The notes below the pieces were generated by a model. It saw only the letters and a list, made by a program, of their open reading frames with translations, did no database searches and was not told where the DNA came from. Made by a program: the position numbers and the translations under genes. A stretch of 64,000 nt of DNA from Elusimicrobiota bacterium (lineage in GTDB: Bacteria > Elusimicrobiota > Elusimicrobia > UBA1565 > UBA9628), in contig DAHVNA010000001.1 of assembly GCA_027319565.1 (NCBI GenBank), positions 114,716 to 178,715 of the forward strand, given 5' to 3'. Below, in pieces: positions 45,801 to 54,118 of the stretch. Numbering within the stretch: position 1 is the first letter of the stretch; each line of letters begins with the position of its first letter.

Positions 45801-46023
45801 AAACAACCAACAGCTTTCAAAAGCGCGGGCCGAGGCCGTAATGAAGTTCTTGGCCTTTAAGGCGAATATTCCCGCCTCTCGGATGAAAGCCCAGGGCTTT
45901 GGGGATAAAAATCCTATCGCCTCTAACGACGATCCCGAGGGCCGGCAAAAGAACCGCCGCGTGGAAATTGTTTTGACCAGCAATACCCATCGATCTCATG
46001 CGACTAAGGAGGAGAATCAATGA
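42850..46023 (+). CDS. Giant envelope protein with a signal peptide, about 8 tandem FlgD-Ig-like domains and a C-terminal OmpA_C peptidoglycan-binding domain (Pal-like anchor).
   Basis: Likely start MTKMQNVSKNWRLYARGKWLAIFFFLIAFLWPRNLHA (signal peptide). The ORF-track start at 42724 reads through the REP element. Repeats carry FSPNG..., W(D/N)G(K/R)..., PDGTY.Y and DxAGN motifs (e.g. IVWDGKDTQNRVVEDGTYYYSL; ILWHGNNDSGQIVTDGTYSYSLWASDIAGN). OmpA_C: LFDSGKSTLKDAADNTLLRAAYLIKRYPHRAVLINGYTDNVP...SKARAEAVMKFL...RRVEIVL. Confidence 0.75.
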   Translation: MTKMQNVSKNWRLYARGKWLAIFFFLIAFLWPRNLHAKSSPLEPPSLIFSPAGNGSRKTLSFVVNLPETAEVSSWRFEIREKGNKDLPGALVKAFSGDGRPPQKIVWDGKDTQNRVVEDGTYYYSLSLQTPAGNQAAIRLSPVIVDRVPPTISAKVHPRIFSPNGLKPETVFTLKASDQYGIYEWLLEIKGSDGVPVKSWMGKGRPPAAVRWDGRGDFNEDVPNGTYTFQLTVENLASNRAVTPPQTVTVKRQGVVSTVGVTPDVFSPHKEKPIASFDITGGDPSSVERWELKIINQAGRPVFSFKGNGAPPARLDWNGDISKDKTAPDGAYQVILYETDNAGNTAASAPEPLYVDTKPPLLEARLEPDLLSPGKQRENSQGIFKLRAESRYPFKWALKIYTDVGEPVRTWSGKMGSRVPNQILWHGNNDSGQIVTDGTYSYSLWASDIAGNEGETPRQKFVVNTTPPALSVSADHALFSPNGDPTLSHVVFSLSAQDASPFASWALLINDSSGNLVREFTGSPLNIPESVSWNGKSKDREPLPDGTYSYALEAKDIAGNSAKTSPQNIVIGATKPIPRVSSSLDAISPNADGFKDTTDFHLSVKSFNPVEKWFLRIFDEDKVARRTFEGQGDVPGTIQWGGEGDDQKTLPDGRYSYQLEVVDAAGNTSKTRLKSILINTTPPTIKITADPALFSPKPTAPHFSSSTMFVLGYQDVSPVMRWKVIIQDPMKNNVRVFSGNSSFPRSISWYGRSSSRKILPDGPYTYTLFAEDDVGNKSTTSEQILRLDGSSPQVSLRADPTLFSPGTGSQKNETTLLLGYKAKADISKWKLSIDLKKGEVARVFSGLGRPPQNIPWDGKNAYGRILPDGTYDAFLKVIDEVGNEGLSPAAKITIDTSKPVATVVAQTEQLEDLSVPLTVTKDADKDIVISLASEVLFDSGKSTLKDAADNTLLRAAYLIKRYPHRAVLINGYTDNVPIHDASFKNNQQLSKARAEAVMKFLAFKANIPASRMKAQGFGDKNPIASNDDPEGRQKNRRVEIVLTSNTHRSHATKEENQ

Positions 46024-46634
46024 TTCATATTAATTTTTTGGAAATTCTAAAAACGAGTTTTACCCTGGTCATATTGCTTTTTTGCTCCTTGGTGACCATG
46101 ACTTTCGCCATTGAGAGATGGTGGTATTACCGCTCGGTCAGAATCGACGTCGAAAAATTCATGACGGCAATCAAAGAATTTTTGGAGGCCCACAAACACG
46201 CGGAAGCCCTCAATCTCGCGTCGAATTCTCCGGGGCCTGTCGCGGCAATAGTCCGCATCGCCCTTTTAAATCGCAGTCGCCCTAAAAGCGAGGCCGCCGC
46301 CCTTTTAAGCGCCGCGCAGATTGATGAAAGGGGAAAACTGGAGCGTTATCTCGGCATTTTGGGAACCATGGGAAATACCGCGCCGTTTATTGGCCTCTTT
46401 GGAACCGTGGTGGGAATTATTAAGGCTTTTCATGATTTGGCTCTTTCCGGATCGGGAGGGCCTTCGGTCGTCGCTGCGGGAATCGCGGAAGCGCTGGTGG
46501 CGACGGCCAGCGGGCTTGCGGTCGCTATTCCATCGGCGATGCTCTATAACTATTTTGTCAAAAAGGTCAAGGATATCGCTTCTGACATGGAAGCTTCCTC
46601 GATTCGGATTCTAGTTTATTTGGGGCTTAGCTGA
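46020..46634 (+). CDS. MotA/TolQ/ExbB-family proton channel.
   Basis: Three TM segments. LGILGTMGNTAPFIGLFGTVVGIIKAF and GIAEALVATASGLAVAIPSAMLYNYF. Start overlaps the upstream stop. Confidence 0.85.
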   Translation: MIHINFLEILKTSFTLVILLFCSLVTMTFAIERWWYYRSVRIDVEKFMTAIKEFLEAHKHAEALNLASNSPGPVAAIVRIALLNRSRPKSEAAALLSAAQIDERGKLERYLGILGTMGNTAPFIGLFGTVVGIIKAFHDLALSGSGGPSVVAAGIAEALVATASGLAVAIPSAMLYNYFVKKVKDIASDMEASSIRILVYLGLS

Positions 46635-47050
46635 TGCAGACCGGTTCTTCAAACAACTCGATTATCACCGACATCAATGTAACTCCCTTGGTCGACGTCT
46701 GCTTGGTTTTAGTGATTATTTTCATGGTGGTAGCGCCGCTGGCGATGCAGGCTTCCATTGAAGTCGCTTCTACCCGGGTCGGAGCGCCCAAAGCTCGGGC
46801 GGCTTTGACCAAGAATGTCGACGTGGTTTTGGACGCGCGGGGAACGGTCACGATTAATGGAACTCCGGTGGCTTGGGAGAATCTGCCCCAGGCGTTGAGA
46901 AAGGCGATTTCCCGTAGCCAGGATCGCTTGGTCGGGCTTAAGGCTTCTCCCAAGGCGCCTTTAGGCAAGGTGGTTGAGATTTTAGATGATTCCAAACAGA
47001 ACGGCGCTAAAAAAGTAGCCTTGATCAATCCCAAAGAAGGAGGAAGTTGA
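46634..47050 (+). CDS. ExbD/TolR-family protein, paralogue 1.
   Basis: ITDINVTPLVDVCLVLVIIFMVVAPL is the ExbD/TolR TM. Periplasmic domain. Start overlaps the ExbB stop. Confidence 0.85.
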   Translation: MQTGSSNNSIITDINVTPLVDVCLVLVIIFMVVAPLAMQASIEVASTRVGAPKARAALTKNVDVVLDARGTVTINGTPVAWENLPQALRKAISRSQDRLVGLKASPKAPLGKVVEILDDSKQNGAKKVALINPKEGGS

Positions 47051-47469
47051 TGGCGATAGGGCAAGGAAAGTCGGGCGAGCCGATTACCTCGATTAACATC
47101 ACGCCCTTAGTGGATGTCAGCCTTGTTTTGGTCATTATTTTTATGGTCGCCGCGCCGCTTTTAACACAGCCGATTTTGCCGGTTCAGCTTCCTAAAGCCG
47201 TGACGGATGAGGGAAAGGAAAGAGAAAATATCACGATTACGATTACCAAGGACGGCCAATGGGCGCTCAATGCCGATCCGACGACTCCTGAAACTCTTCC
47301 CTCGGTTTTGCCCTCGCTTTTGGCGAAAAATAAAGATAAATACGTGATCATCCGGGCGGATGCCGATTCTCCCTATTCCTACACTTTGGAAGCGCTTAAA
47401 ATCGCGAAAGCGGCCGGGGCCAAGGATTATGCGGTGGCGACAGTCGAGAAAAAGAGAGTATCTCCGTGA
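47047..47469 (+). CDS. ExbD/TolR-family protein, paralogue 2.
   Basis: ITSINITPLVDVSLVLVIIFMVAAPL. Second adjacent ExbD paralogue. Start overlaps the upstream stop. Confidence 0.85.
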   Translation: MMAIGQGKSGEPITSINITPLVDVSLVLVIIFMVAAPLLTQPILPVQLPKAVTDEGKERENITITITKDGQWALNADPTTPETLPSVLPSLLAKNKDKYVIIRADADSPYSYTLEALKIAKAAGAKDYAVATVEKKRVSP

Positions 47470-48587
47470 GTAAGGATGCGACTAGGCTTGAGACTTCGGC
47501 GGGTTTAGCCGCCGCTATTCATGCTTCCCTTTTCGGGCTCTATCTTTTGCTCAAAGCAACCGCGCCTACCGAAGAGATGGTGAAGCTAACCCGGGTTGAT
47601 TTTATCGATGAAATTCCCCAAGCCGCGCCTACTACTTCTGCCAATCCCGGTCGGCTTGAACGCGCGCCCAAAAGCTTCAAGGATTTTCTTCATATGGCCC
47701 TTCCCTCGTTTCACGCTCCAAGCCCGCCCCAAGCCAAGTTGGAAGAAATGCAAACCAGCCCCGCTTTAAACTCGCCCAAAGAGACTTTGCCTTCTCCCCG
47801 TATCACGCTTAAAACCAGCGCTAATTCCGTTCATATGAATTTTCGCTTTGCGCCCGCTCATTTAAAATCGGCGGATTCGCATTTGTCGGATATCTCTTCC
47901 CCGCAAGCAGTTCCACAAGAAACGCCCCAAGACATGCCAAATTCAAAGCCGATTGCGTTAGAGGCGGTTGGAAAGGTCAAGGTTTCAGGGCAAATTCATT
48001 TTAATCAAGCGGCGCATTTTAAGAGTTCGGATCAAATACGAGATTTGCCTCAGGAAAATTTGGCGGCCTCGGGACCCGCGGCGCTGGAAGATTCTCAGCC
48101 CGGGGCGATTCAATTAAATTCCAGCTATCACGCGGCAAGCAGATCCGCCTTGCCTTCCGGCGGAGACTTGCCCATCGGCTATGATAAAGGAATTTCCTTG
48201 AAAGAGGGGGCGGTTCATCCCGCGGGAGCGAATTTGCCGCAAGCTTCTCTTGCGCCTGCCGCGACAAAACCGGGCAAGCTTAAAAGCGTCAATCATAAAG
48301 GCATGGAGATTAGCGGTCCCTTGGCGGACCGGAAGATTTTAAAAGCGGCGGCGCCGCGCTATCCCAATTGGGCGAAAAGCCAAGGAGTGGAAGCCGATGT
48401 CATCGTCCGTTTTTATGTTTCGCCCGAGGGGCGGGTTTTAGACCGAATGATTATCGAAAGGACCTCGGGATACCAAAGGCTTGATGAACTGTGCAAAAAA
48501 ACTCTCAAGAAAATGCTTTTTGCCCCGCTTGAAAAAGGCGATCAGGTCGAATGGGGGTATATCACCTTTCATTTCAAATTAAAATGA
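47466..48587 (+). CDS. TonB/TolA-like energy-transducing protein: N-terminal TM, long linker and TonB_C domain.
   Basis: TM LAAAIHASLFGLYLLL. C-terminal VEADVIVRFYVSPEGRVLDRMIIERTSGYQRLDELCKKTLKKMLFAPLEKGDQVEWGYITFHFKL matches TonB_C. Confidence 0.7.
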   Translation: MSKDATRLETSAGLAAAIHASLFGLYLLLKATAPTEEMVKLTRVDFIDEIPQAAPTTSANPGRLERAPKSFKDFLHMALPSFHAPSPPQAKLEEMQTSPALNSPKETLPSPRITLKTSANSVHMNFRFAPAHLKSADSHLSDISSPQAVPQETPQDMPNSKPIALEAVGKVKVSGQIHFNQAAHFKSSDQIRDLPQENLAASGPAALEDSQPGAIQLNSSYHAASRSALPSGGDLPIGYDKGISLKEGAVHPAGANLPQASLAPAATKPGKLKSVNHKGMEISGPLADRKILKAAAPRYPNWAKSQGVEADVIVRFYVSPEGRVLDRMIIERTSGYQRLDELCKKTLKKMLFAPLEKGDQVEWGYITFHFKLK

Positions 48588-48596
48588 GATAAAGCC

Positions 48597-49196
48597 ATGG
48601 CTCAAGAAAGCTCGCAATTGACCTTAAACCGCCGAAGGCGCTATTTTATCGATACGGAAATTCAATTGCCGCTGACCCTGGGTCTTATTTTTATCGCGAC
48701 GGTTGAGGGAGTTTTCGTGGGATGGGGGCTCAGCCGGATTATTCATCTTGCCTTTGATTGGCAGAATGCTCGCCAGATTTTAGAATTCTTCGCTTTTCTT
48801 GTCATGACTTTCTTGCCGATGGTCCTCATTAATTTTTGGCTGAGCGCATGGTTTACCCATCGGATGATTGGGCCGCTCTCAAGGGCGCGCAAAGCGCTGT
48901 CTTCCGTTGTAGAGGGAAATTTGGAATGCGAGATTATTCCCAGGGAAGGCGACTTTCTCCGCCATTATCTGGAAGACGTCAACTCGGCCGTGCGGACCTT
49001 AAAACGCCTCATTTACCGAGATCATCAATACGTTCAGGAAACAGTCGAACTCTTAAACCAGTGCCGCGATAAAATCGAGAGTAGCGGCCTTCCCAGCGAG
49101 GCGAAAAACGATCTTCAAAAACTCATTTCCCAAGCCAAAAGCCGCCTGAGTATTGTCAATGTCCATTTCGTGCGTCACCGAGGGGATAAGACATGA
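48597..49196 (+). CDS. Membrane protein with two TM segments and a HAMP-like domain. No output domain.
   Basis: TM1 LTLGLIFIATVEGVFVGWGL. TM2 FAFLVMTFLPMVLINFWLSAWF. The HAMP-like helix pair follows: HRMIGPLSRARKALSSVVEGNLE. Confidence 0.45.
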   Translation: MAQESSQLTLNRRRRYFIDTEIQLPLTLGLIFIATVEGVFVGWGLSRIIHLAFDWQNARQILEFFAFLVMTFLPMVLINFWLSAWFTHRMIGPLSRARKALSSVVEGNLECEIIPREGDFLRHYLEDVNSAVRTLKRLIYRDHQYVQETVELLNQCRDKIESSGLPSEAKNDLQKLISQAKSRLSIVNVHFVRHRGDKT

Positions 49197-49573
49197 AAAA
49201 AACAGATGAAGCGGTCTTGATCGTAGATGATGACGATGGCATGCGGGAGTTGGCCGAAGTGATGTGTAAGCAGATGAAGCTTAAAACTTTCTCCGCTTCG
49301 GACACCGTCGCCGCCCGGCGCTATCTTGAAGAAAATATCCCGCGCTTGATTCTTCTCGACATCATGATGCCGGACGGAAACGGCATCGAGTTTTGTCAGT
49401 GGATGCGTTCGCAAGAGGAGTTTAAAAATGTTTCAATTATCGTAACAAGCGCTTTAAAAGAAGAAGAAACGATTCAAGACGCTTTTAAAGTCGGCGCCAA
49501 TGACTTTTTGTCAAAGCCCTTCGAGGTGGTGATTTTTATGGAGAAACTGGGACGTTGGATTAAAGATAAATGA
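49193..49573 (+). CDS. Single-domain CheY-like response regulator receiver.
   Basis: VLIVDDDDGMRELAEV...LILLDIMMPDGNGIEFCQWMR...DFLSKPF. Confidence 0.8.
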   Translation: MKKTDEAVLIVDDDDGMRELAEVMCKQMKLKTFSASDTVAARRYLEENIPRLILLDIMMPDGNGIEFCQWMRSQEEFKNVSIIVTSALKEEETIQDAFKVGANDFLSKPFEVVIFMEKLGRWIKDK

Positions 49574-50544
49574 GAGCGGCTATTTTAGCTTGTTTGTTTT
49601 TTGGAGGCGTTCTCTTTGCCGCGGCGGATTCTCAAAACGGCGGGAATGCCGCGAGCGGGCAAGGAGTGTTGCCGGAGGTCCTCATCGAAGCCGAGCATAA
49701 CAAGCCTTTGCCGTTGTCCAAACCACCCTTGAGTTTTGATGTCAAGGAAGACCAGCCAATCGAAAAGATTCTCAAACAAACGGACCGTTCTTTGATGAAT
49801 CGTCTTCCTTCTCAAATACTAAAATCAAACGTCTTTAAGCCAGAGATTTCAGTCAGCTCTCGGGTTATTATTCCGTCCCAGATTTGGATTGTCCGGCCTT
49901 GGGCGGGAGATTTCGCGCATGTTTTTCACCCGCAAAATATCCTATCAAGCATTCACGCCTTTGAAGATAATCGAAACGAGCGCAAGAAGGCAGTTTGGGA
50001 AATGGACGTGGTCGATGGAGAGGGAAAATCAATCCAGCATTTTTCCGGTTCCGGAGTCGTGCCCAAGCGGATACCCTTTGACGGGAAAGACAAGGATGGA
50101 AAATGGATCGAAGTCGGAGAGACCTACATGGGAGTTCTCAAAAACACCGATTCTCAAGGCAGGATTCATACCGCCTACGGCCGTCCTTTTAAAATAGCGG
50201 GGCTCAGCCTCAAGAATTCTTCCTCTTTTTCTATCGACTTGGACGCGGGAGTTCTTTTTTCCACCTCTTCTGCCGTTCTTGAGTTTTCTCCCTTCGGGCG
50301 GGAACTGATTGTAGAAGCCGCCCAGTTGCTGCAAAGATATTATCCCGGCTTTTCGGTTGCGGCATCTCTTTCGAGCAAACGCTTAAATTCCCAAGAACTT
50401 AAAAAAGCCGTTTCCCTGTGCGCCGAGGAAATCGCAAATAGACTCATTATTTCCTCGTCTAATATCCGAAAGAGTTGGAACCGTCAAGATGCGGGAGGAG
50501 AGGGAGTTCTCGCCATTTCAGTCCAATCCCAGGCTCGGCCGTAA
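49570..50544 (+). CDS. Secreted hypothetical protein with one FlgD-Ig-like domain.
   Basis: Signal peptide MRAAILACLFFGGVLFAAA. VWEMDVVDGEGKSIQHFSGSGVVPKRIPFDGKDKDGKWIEVGETYMGVLKNTDSQGR matches the W..G...P..i.fDGkd..G..v..G.Y pattern. Confidence 0.4.
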   Translation: MRAAILACLFFGGVLFAAADSQNGGNAASGQGVLPEVLIEAEHNKPLPLSKPPLSFDVKEDQPIEKILKQTDRSLMNRLPSQILKSNVFKPEISVSSRVIIPSQIWIVRPWAGDFAHVFHPQNILSSIHAFEDNRNERKKAVWEMDVVDGEGKSIQHFSGSGVVPKRIPFDGKDKDGKWIEVGETYMGVLKNTDSQGRIHTAYGRPFKIAGLSLKNSSSFSIDLDAGVLFSTSSAVLEFSPFGRELIVEAAQLLQRYYPGFSVAASLSSKRLNSQELKKAVSLCAEEIANRLIISSSNIRKSWNRQDAGGEGVLAISVQSQARP

Positions 50545-50551
50545 GAATCGT

Positions 50552-51184
50552 TTATCTCACTGTGCCGTTTTTTTTGGCTCGCCAAAATTCAAAAAGGCCT
50601 GGAAGCAAGGAAATAAAGATGACGACCAGAATGACCAAATGGATGCGTCGGCCGATGTTGGGGATTAGCCCTGCCAAGGAATAGCCTCCGCCGGCCATGG
50701 CGAGAATCCAAAGAAGGCCGCCGACGATATTGTAAGCGACGAAACGAGAGTAAGGCATTTCAGCCACTCCGGCGACCGCGGGGGCGAAAGTTCTGACAAT
50801 GGGAATAAAACGGGCCAAAACGATGGTTTTCGCTCCATATTGTTCATAAAAATCGTGCGCCCGCCGCAAGTGTTTTTTCTTAAAAAAAAGAGAATCCTCT
50901 TTTTGAAAAAGGCTGTGTCCGGCCTTAAGCCCGATTCCGTATCCGATTTGATCTCCTAAGATGGCGGCGATAGAAGCGGCGATTAAAAGCCAAGAAATAG
51001 AGAGTTCTCCCGTTTTCGCGAAAATTCCGGCCGTGACCAAAAGAGAGTCTCCGGGCAAAAAGAAACCGAAAAAAAGGCCGGTTTCGGCAAACAGGATGAG
51101 AGAAATCAGCGAAATTCCGCCCCAACTGATTAAGGCTTTGACATCATAAATTTCGCGAACGATATGGATAAGCGAGTGGATCAT
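50552..51184 (-). CDS. DedA/TVP38-family membrane protein.
   Basis: DedA core GLFFGFFLPGDSLLVTAGIFAKTGELS and GIGLKAGHSLFQK..LRRAHDFYEQYGAKTIVLARFIPIVRTFAP. Confidence 0.75.
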   Translation of the reverse strand: MIHSLIHIVREIYDVKALISWGGISLISLILFAETGLFFGFFLPGDSLLVTAGIFAKTGELSISWLLIAASIAAILGDQIGYGIGLKAGHSLFQKEDSLFFKKKHLRRAHDFYEQYGAKTIVLARFIPIVRTFAPAVAGVAEMPYSRFVAYNIVGGLLWILAMAGGGYSLAGLIPNIGRRIHLVILVVIFISLLPGLFEFWRAKKNGTVR

Positions 51185-51185
51185 T

Positions 51186-52436
51186 TTAGATGAGAAGTCC
51201 TGCGATGGCCGCGCTTAAAAAGCAGGTTAAAGAACCCGCGATCCAAGCATAAACTCCAAGGCGCGCCAGGTCTTTTCTGCGCTTGGGAGCCAAGACTCCG
51301 ATTCCTCCGATTTGAATTCCGATAGAGAGAAGATTTGAAAAACCGCACAGAGCGTAGGCGGCGATGATTTGAGAGCGCATATCCAAGGCTTGGCGAACAG
51401 ACAAGATTTTGGACATATCGGTGTAGGCTACAAATTCATTGAGAATCGTCTTTTCCCCCATTAAAAACCCCACGGTTTTACAATCTTTCCAGGGAACTCC
51501 CAATATCCACGCAATCGGAGACAAGGCTCGGCCCAAGATGAATTCAAGCCCGATGTCGGGGCGCCCGAAATAGCCGAAGATAATGTGAAGCCCGGCATTA
51601 ATCATCGCCAGCATCGCCATGAAGGCAATTAGCATGGCCGCAACGTTGAGCGCGAGTTTGAGCCCGGTCTCGGCTCCGCTTGCCGCCGCTTCCAAGACAT
51701 TGGAGTCGGTGTTAGAGTTGAGTTTTGGAATAAAACCGCTGGTTTCCGGGGTTTGGGTCTCAGGAATGATCAGTTTTGAGATGACCAATGAGCCAATGGC
51801 GGATAAGACGCTTGCCGCTAAAAGATGGCCGGCGATATCGGGAATGTAGGCTTTTAAAAGCCCGACATAGGCGATCATGACTCCGCCTGAAATCGTCGCC
51901 ATTCCAGCCACCATCACGCAGAATAACTCGGATTCCGTCATGTTTTCTAGATAGGGTTTGACTAAAAGCGGGGCCTCTGTTTGTCCCATAAAGACGTTGG
52001 CGGCGGCGTTGAGGGTTTCCGCGCCCGAGGTTTTTAAAGCGCGTTTCATGAGATGGGCCATGAGCGAAATTACCCATTGCATAATTCCCAGATAATAAAA
52101 AACGGACATCAGCGAAGAAAGAAAAATAACGCTGGGCAAGACTTGGAAGGCGAAGAAAAATCCGATAGAACCGGATTGCCCCGGCGGAATCGACAGCGCG
52201 TTAAAGACAAATTTTCCGCCTTCTTCTTGAAAGGCCAAGAGGCTGGTGACCAAATCGTTGACCTTGGCAAAAACCCAGTGTCCGCTTGCGGTCTTTAAAA
52301 TGAGGAGTGCGAAAATAAATTGAAGGAAAACCCCCCAGCCGACCACGGCCCAATTAATTTTTTTCCCGCGGCCGCCAAGCAGGCGCGCAAACAACAGCAT
52401 TGCGATAATGCCAAAGAAGCTCATCAGCCTAGGCAT
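51186..52436 (-). CDS. nupC: Concentrative nucleoside transporter (NupC/CNT family).
   Basis: Nucleos_tra2 motifs: NVFMGQTEAPLLVKPYL, GFIPKLNSNTDSNVLEAAASGAETGLKLALNVAAMLIAFMAMLA and GVPWKDCKTVGFLMGEKTILNEFVAY. Confidence 0.8.
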   Translation of the reverse strand: MPRLMSFFGIIAMLLFARLLGGRGKKINWAVVGWGVFLQFIFALLILKTASGHWVFAKVNDLVTSLLAFQEEGGKFVFNALSIPPGQSGSIGFFFAFQVLPSVIFLSSLMSVFYYLGIMQWVISLMAHLMKRALKTSGAETLNAAANVFMGQTEAPLLVKPYLENMTESELFCVMVAGMATISGGVMIAYVGLLKAYIPDIAGHLLAASVLSAIGSLVISKLIIPETQTPETSGFIPKLNSNTDSNVLEAAASGAETGLKLALNVAAMLIAFMAMLAMINAGLHIIFGYFGRPDIGLEFILGRALSPIAWILGVPWKDCKTVGFLMGEKTILNEFVAYTDMSKILSVRQALDMRSQIIAAYALCGFSNLLSIGIQIGGIGVLAPKRRKDLARLGVYAWIAGSLTCFLSAAIAGLLI

Positions 52437-54024
52437 GGCTAAAGACCTCGGCTTTAGAATGTTTTGAAAAAGAGAGAGCGAAGAATGTTATGGATAAGAG
52501 CGCATATGCCGCGGAAAACTGATAGGGAATTTGATTGGCCGGATAGGCCAAGGTCCAAGGCCCATACATCGAGCCGTCCGGGGATGCGGAATGAACAATT
52601 CCAAAAAATGAAAAGACAGACAATAGCATGAGATAAAATGAAGAACGCTTGAGCTTCCCATCAATTAATTCCGCCATGAATGCGCCCCAGAGCATCGCGG
52701 TCAAGATAAATCCGTTTCCAAGGGCCGTAATGACAAGAACTTCGGGCAAGCCTTTTCCGACGGCATTGAGAAGAGTCTGAAATTTTTCCGGGCTAATCCA
52801 ATCGGGGTTTGAAATTTTAATTTGTAAAAGCCGCGCTACGGTGGGAAAATAAGAGAAGGCGACGGCCGGGGCATGCCGGGCGGGGCAGGAGAGAAACGCC
52901 TGGCAGATGATGTCTAAGGCCACGAAAATGAGAATAGGAGCGATGACGGCCCGAGGAATTAATTCGACGATAGCCCCTAAATATCCAAAGATTCCTCCGA
53001 GTCCTATGAAGAGCCCGGTGAGGAGTGTGTATCCATAGCGGCTTCCCATATGCTTATAGGCGGGTTGACCGATATAAGGCGTTGACTGCGCGACCCCGCC
53101 GAAAATTCCGGCAATCAAGGTCGCGACGGCCTCGGTTAGAAGAATATCCCGGGTGTTAAAATTGTCGCCCGCGACTTTTGCGCTTTCAGTGACATTGATT
53201 CCCCCGACGACGGTCAAAATTCCAAAGGGAAGGGCGATTGGCAGATATCGGAGGGAAGGAATAAAACCATGGACAAATCCCAGTGTCGGGAGCGGAAACC
53301 CAAAATGAAAGGTGATGCTGGGGGGAGAATAATGGCCTCCCACAAGCCCATGCGGAGCCAAGAGATAATAAAGAAAAGTTCCCAGTCCTATCGCGGTTAA
53401 AACTCCGGGAAAATTCCACGGGAGTTTTCTGTGGGCGACCAAGGAATAAAGAATCAACCCCAAGGATAAAACCCCGACTAAGGGCATTCCAAAGACCTCG
53501 GCCAAAGGGACAAATCCAATTAAGGCAAGGCCGATTCCGGCTAAGGATCCCAAAAGTCCGGCCTGGGGCACCGCTTTTCTGACCCAATCGCCGAAAAACG
53601 AAAGAATGAGCTTTAAAACTCCAATGGAAATCATGGTCGCCATTCCGATTTCCCAGGCTTGAATGGCCGCCGCCTGCGGGGAAAGCCCCTGGTTTTTAAG
53701 CGCGATAAAAGACGGGCCGAGAACCGTCAGGGCGATTCCGATAGTCGAGGGAGTGTCCAAGCCCAAGGGCATGGCGGTGACGGATTCCTTTCCAGTTTTT
53801 TTAGCCAGGCGAAAGGCCATCCAGGTATAGACGAGATCGCCAAAAAGAACGCCCAAAGCCGTTCCCGGAAACATTCTTCCGTAGACGATGTTTTCCGGGA
53901 AATGAAATCCAAAAATCAGGATTCCGGCTAGGAAAGAAAGGACGGTCAGATTGTCGAAAGCAAGGCCGAAAAAACCGTTCAAATCGCCAAGCCCGATTAA
54001 ATTGCCAACGGCGTTTCTTTCCAT
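52429..54024 (-). CDS. NCS2-family nucleobase permease (AzgA-like).
   Basis: About 12 TM helices. N-terminal NLTVLSFLAGILIFGFHFPENIVYGRMFPGTALGVLFGDLVYTWMAF and MPLGLDTPSTIGIALTVLG resemble the AzgA family. Adjacent to nupC. Confidence 0.5.
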   Translation of the reverse strand: MERNAVGNLIGLGDLNGFFGLAFDNLTVLSFLAGILIFGFHFPENIVYGRMFPGTALGVLFGDLVYTWMAFRLAKKTGKESVTAMPLGLDTPSTIGIALTVLGPSFIALKNQGLSPQAAAIQAWEIGMATMISIGVLKLILSFFGDWVRKAVPQAGLLGSLAGIGLALIGFVPLAEVFGMPLVGVLSLGLILYSLVAHRKLPWNFPGVLTAIGLGTFLYYLLAPHGLVGGHYSPPSITFHFGFPLPTLGFVHGFIPSLRYLPIALPFGILTVVGGINVTESAKVAGDNFNTRDILLTEAVATLIAGIFGGVAQSTPYIGQPAYKHMGSRYGYTLLTGLFIGLGGIFGYLGAIVELIPRAVIAPILIFVALDIICQAFLSCPARHAPAVAFSYFPTVARLLQIKISNPDWISPEKFQTLLNAVGKGLPEVLVITALGNGFILTAMLWGAFMAELIDGKLKRSSFYLMLLSVFSFFGIVHSASPDGSMYGPWTLAYPANQIPYQFSAAYALLSITFFALSFSKHSKAEVFSHA

Positions 54025-54118
54025 TGGTAAATTCTACCTGATTTTGAGGGCGGTAACCGAGTTGCTGGCTTGAAAATGTGTTTCCCGTTCTCGGTCTAGG
54101 CCTTTTGTTGGCGCGAGT

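Noticed and set aside
50536-50580. Possible bidirectional terminator between convergent genes 49570..50544(+) and 50552..51184(-)
   Set aside because: The T-run (gccgttttttttgg) is present, but no stable GC-rich stem precedes it on either strand, so a terminator cannot be supported.
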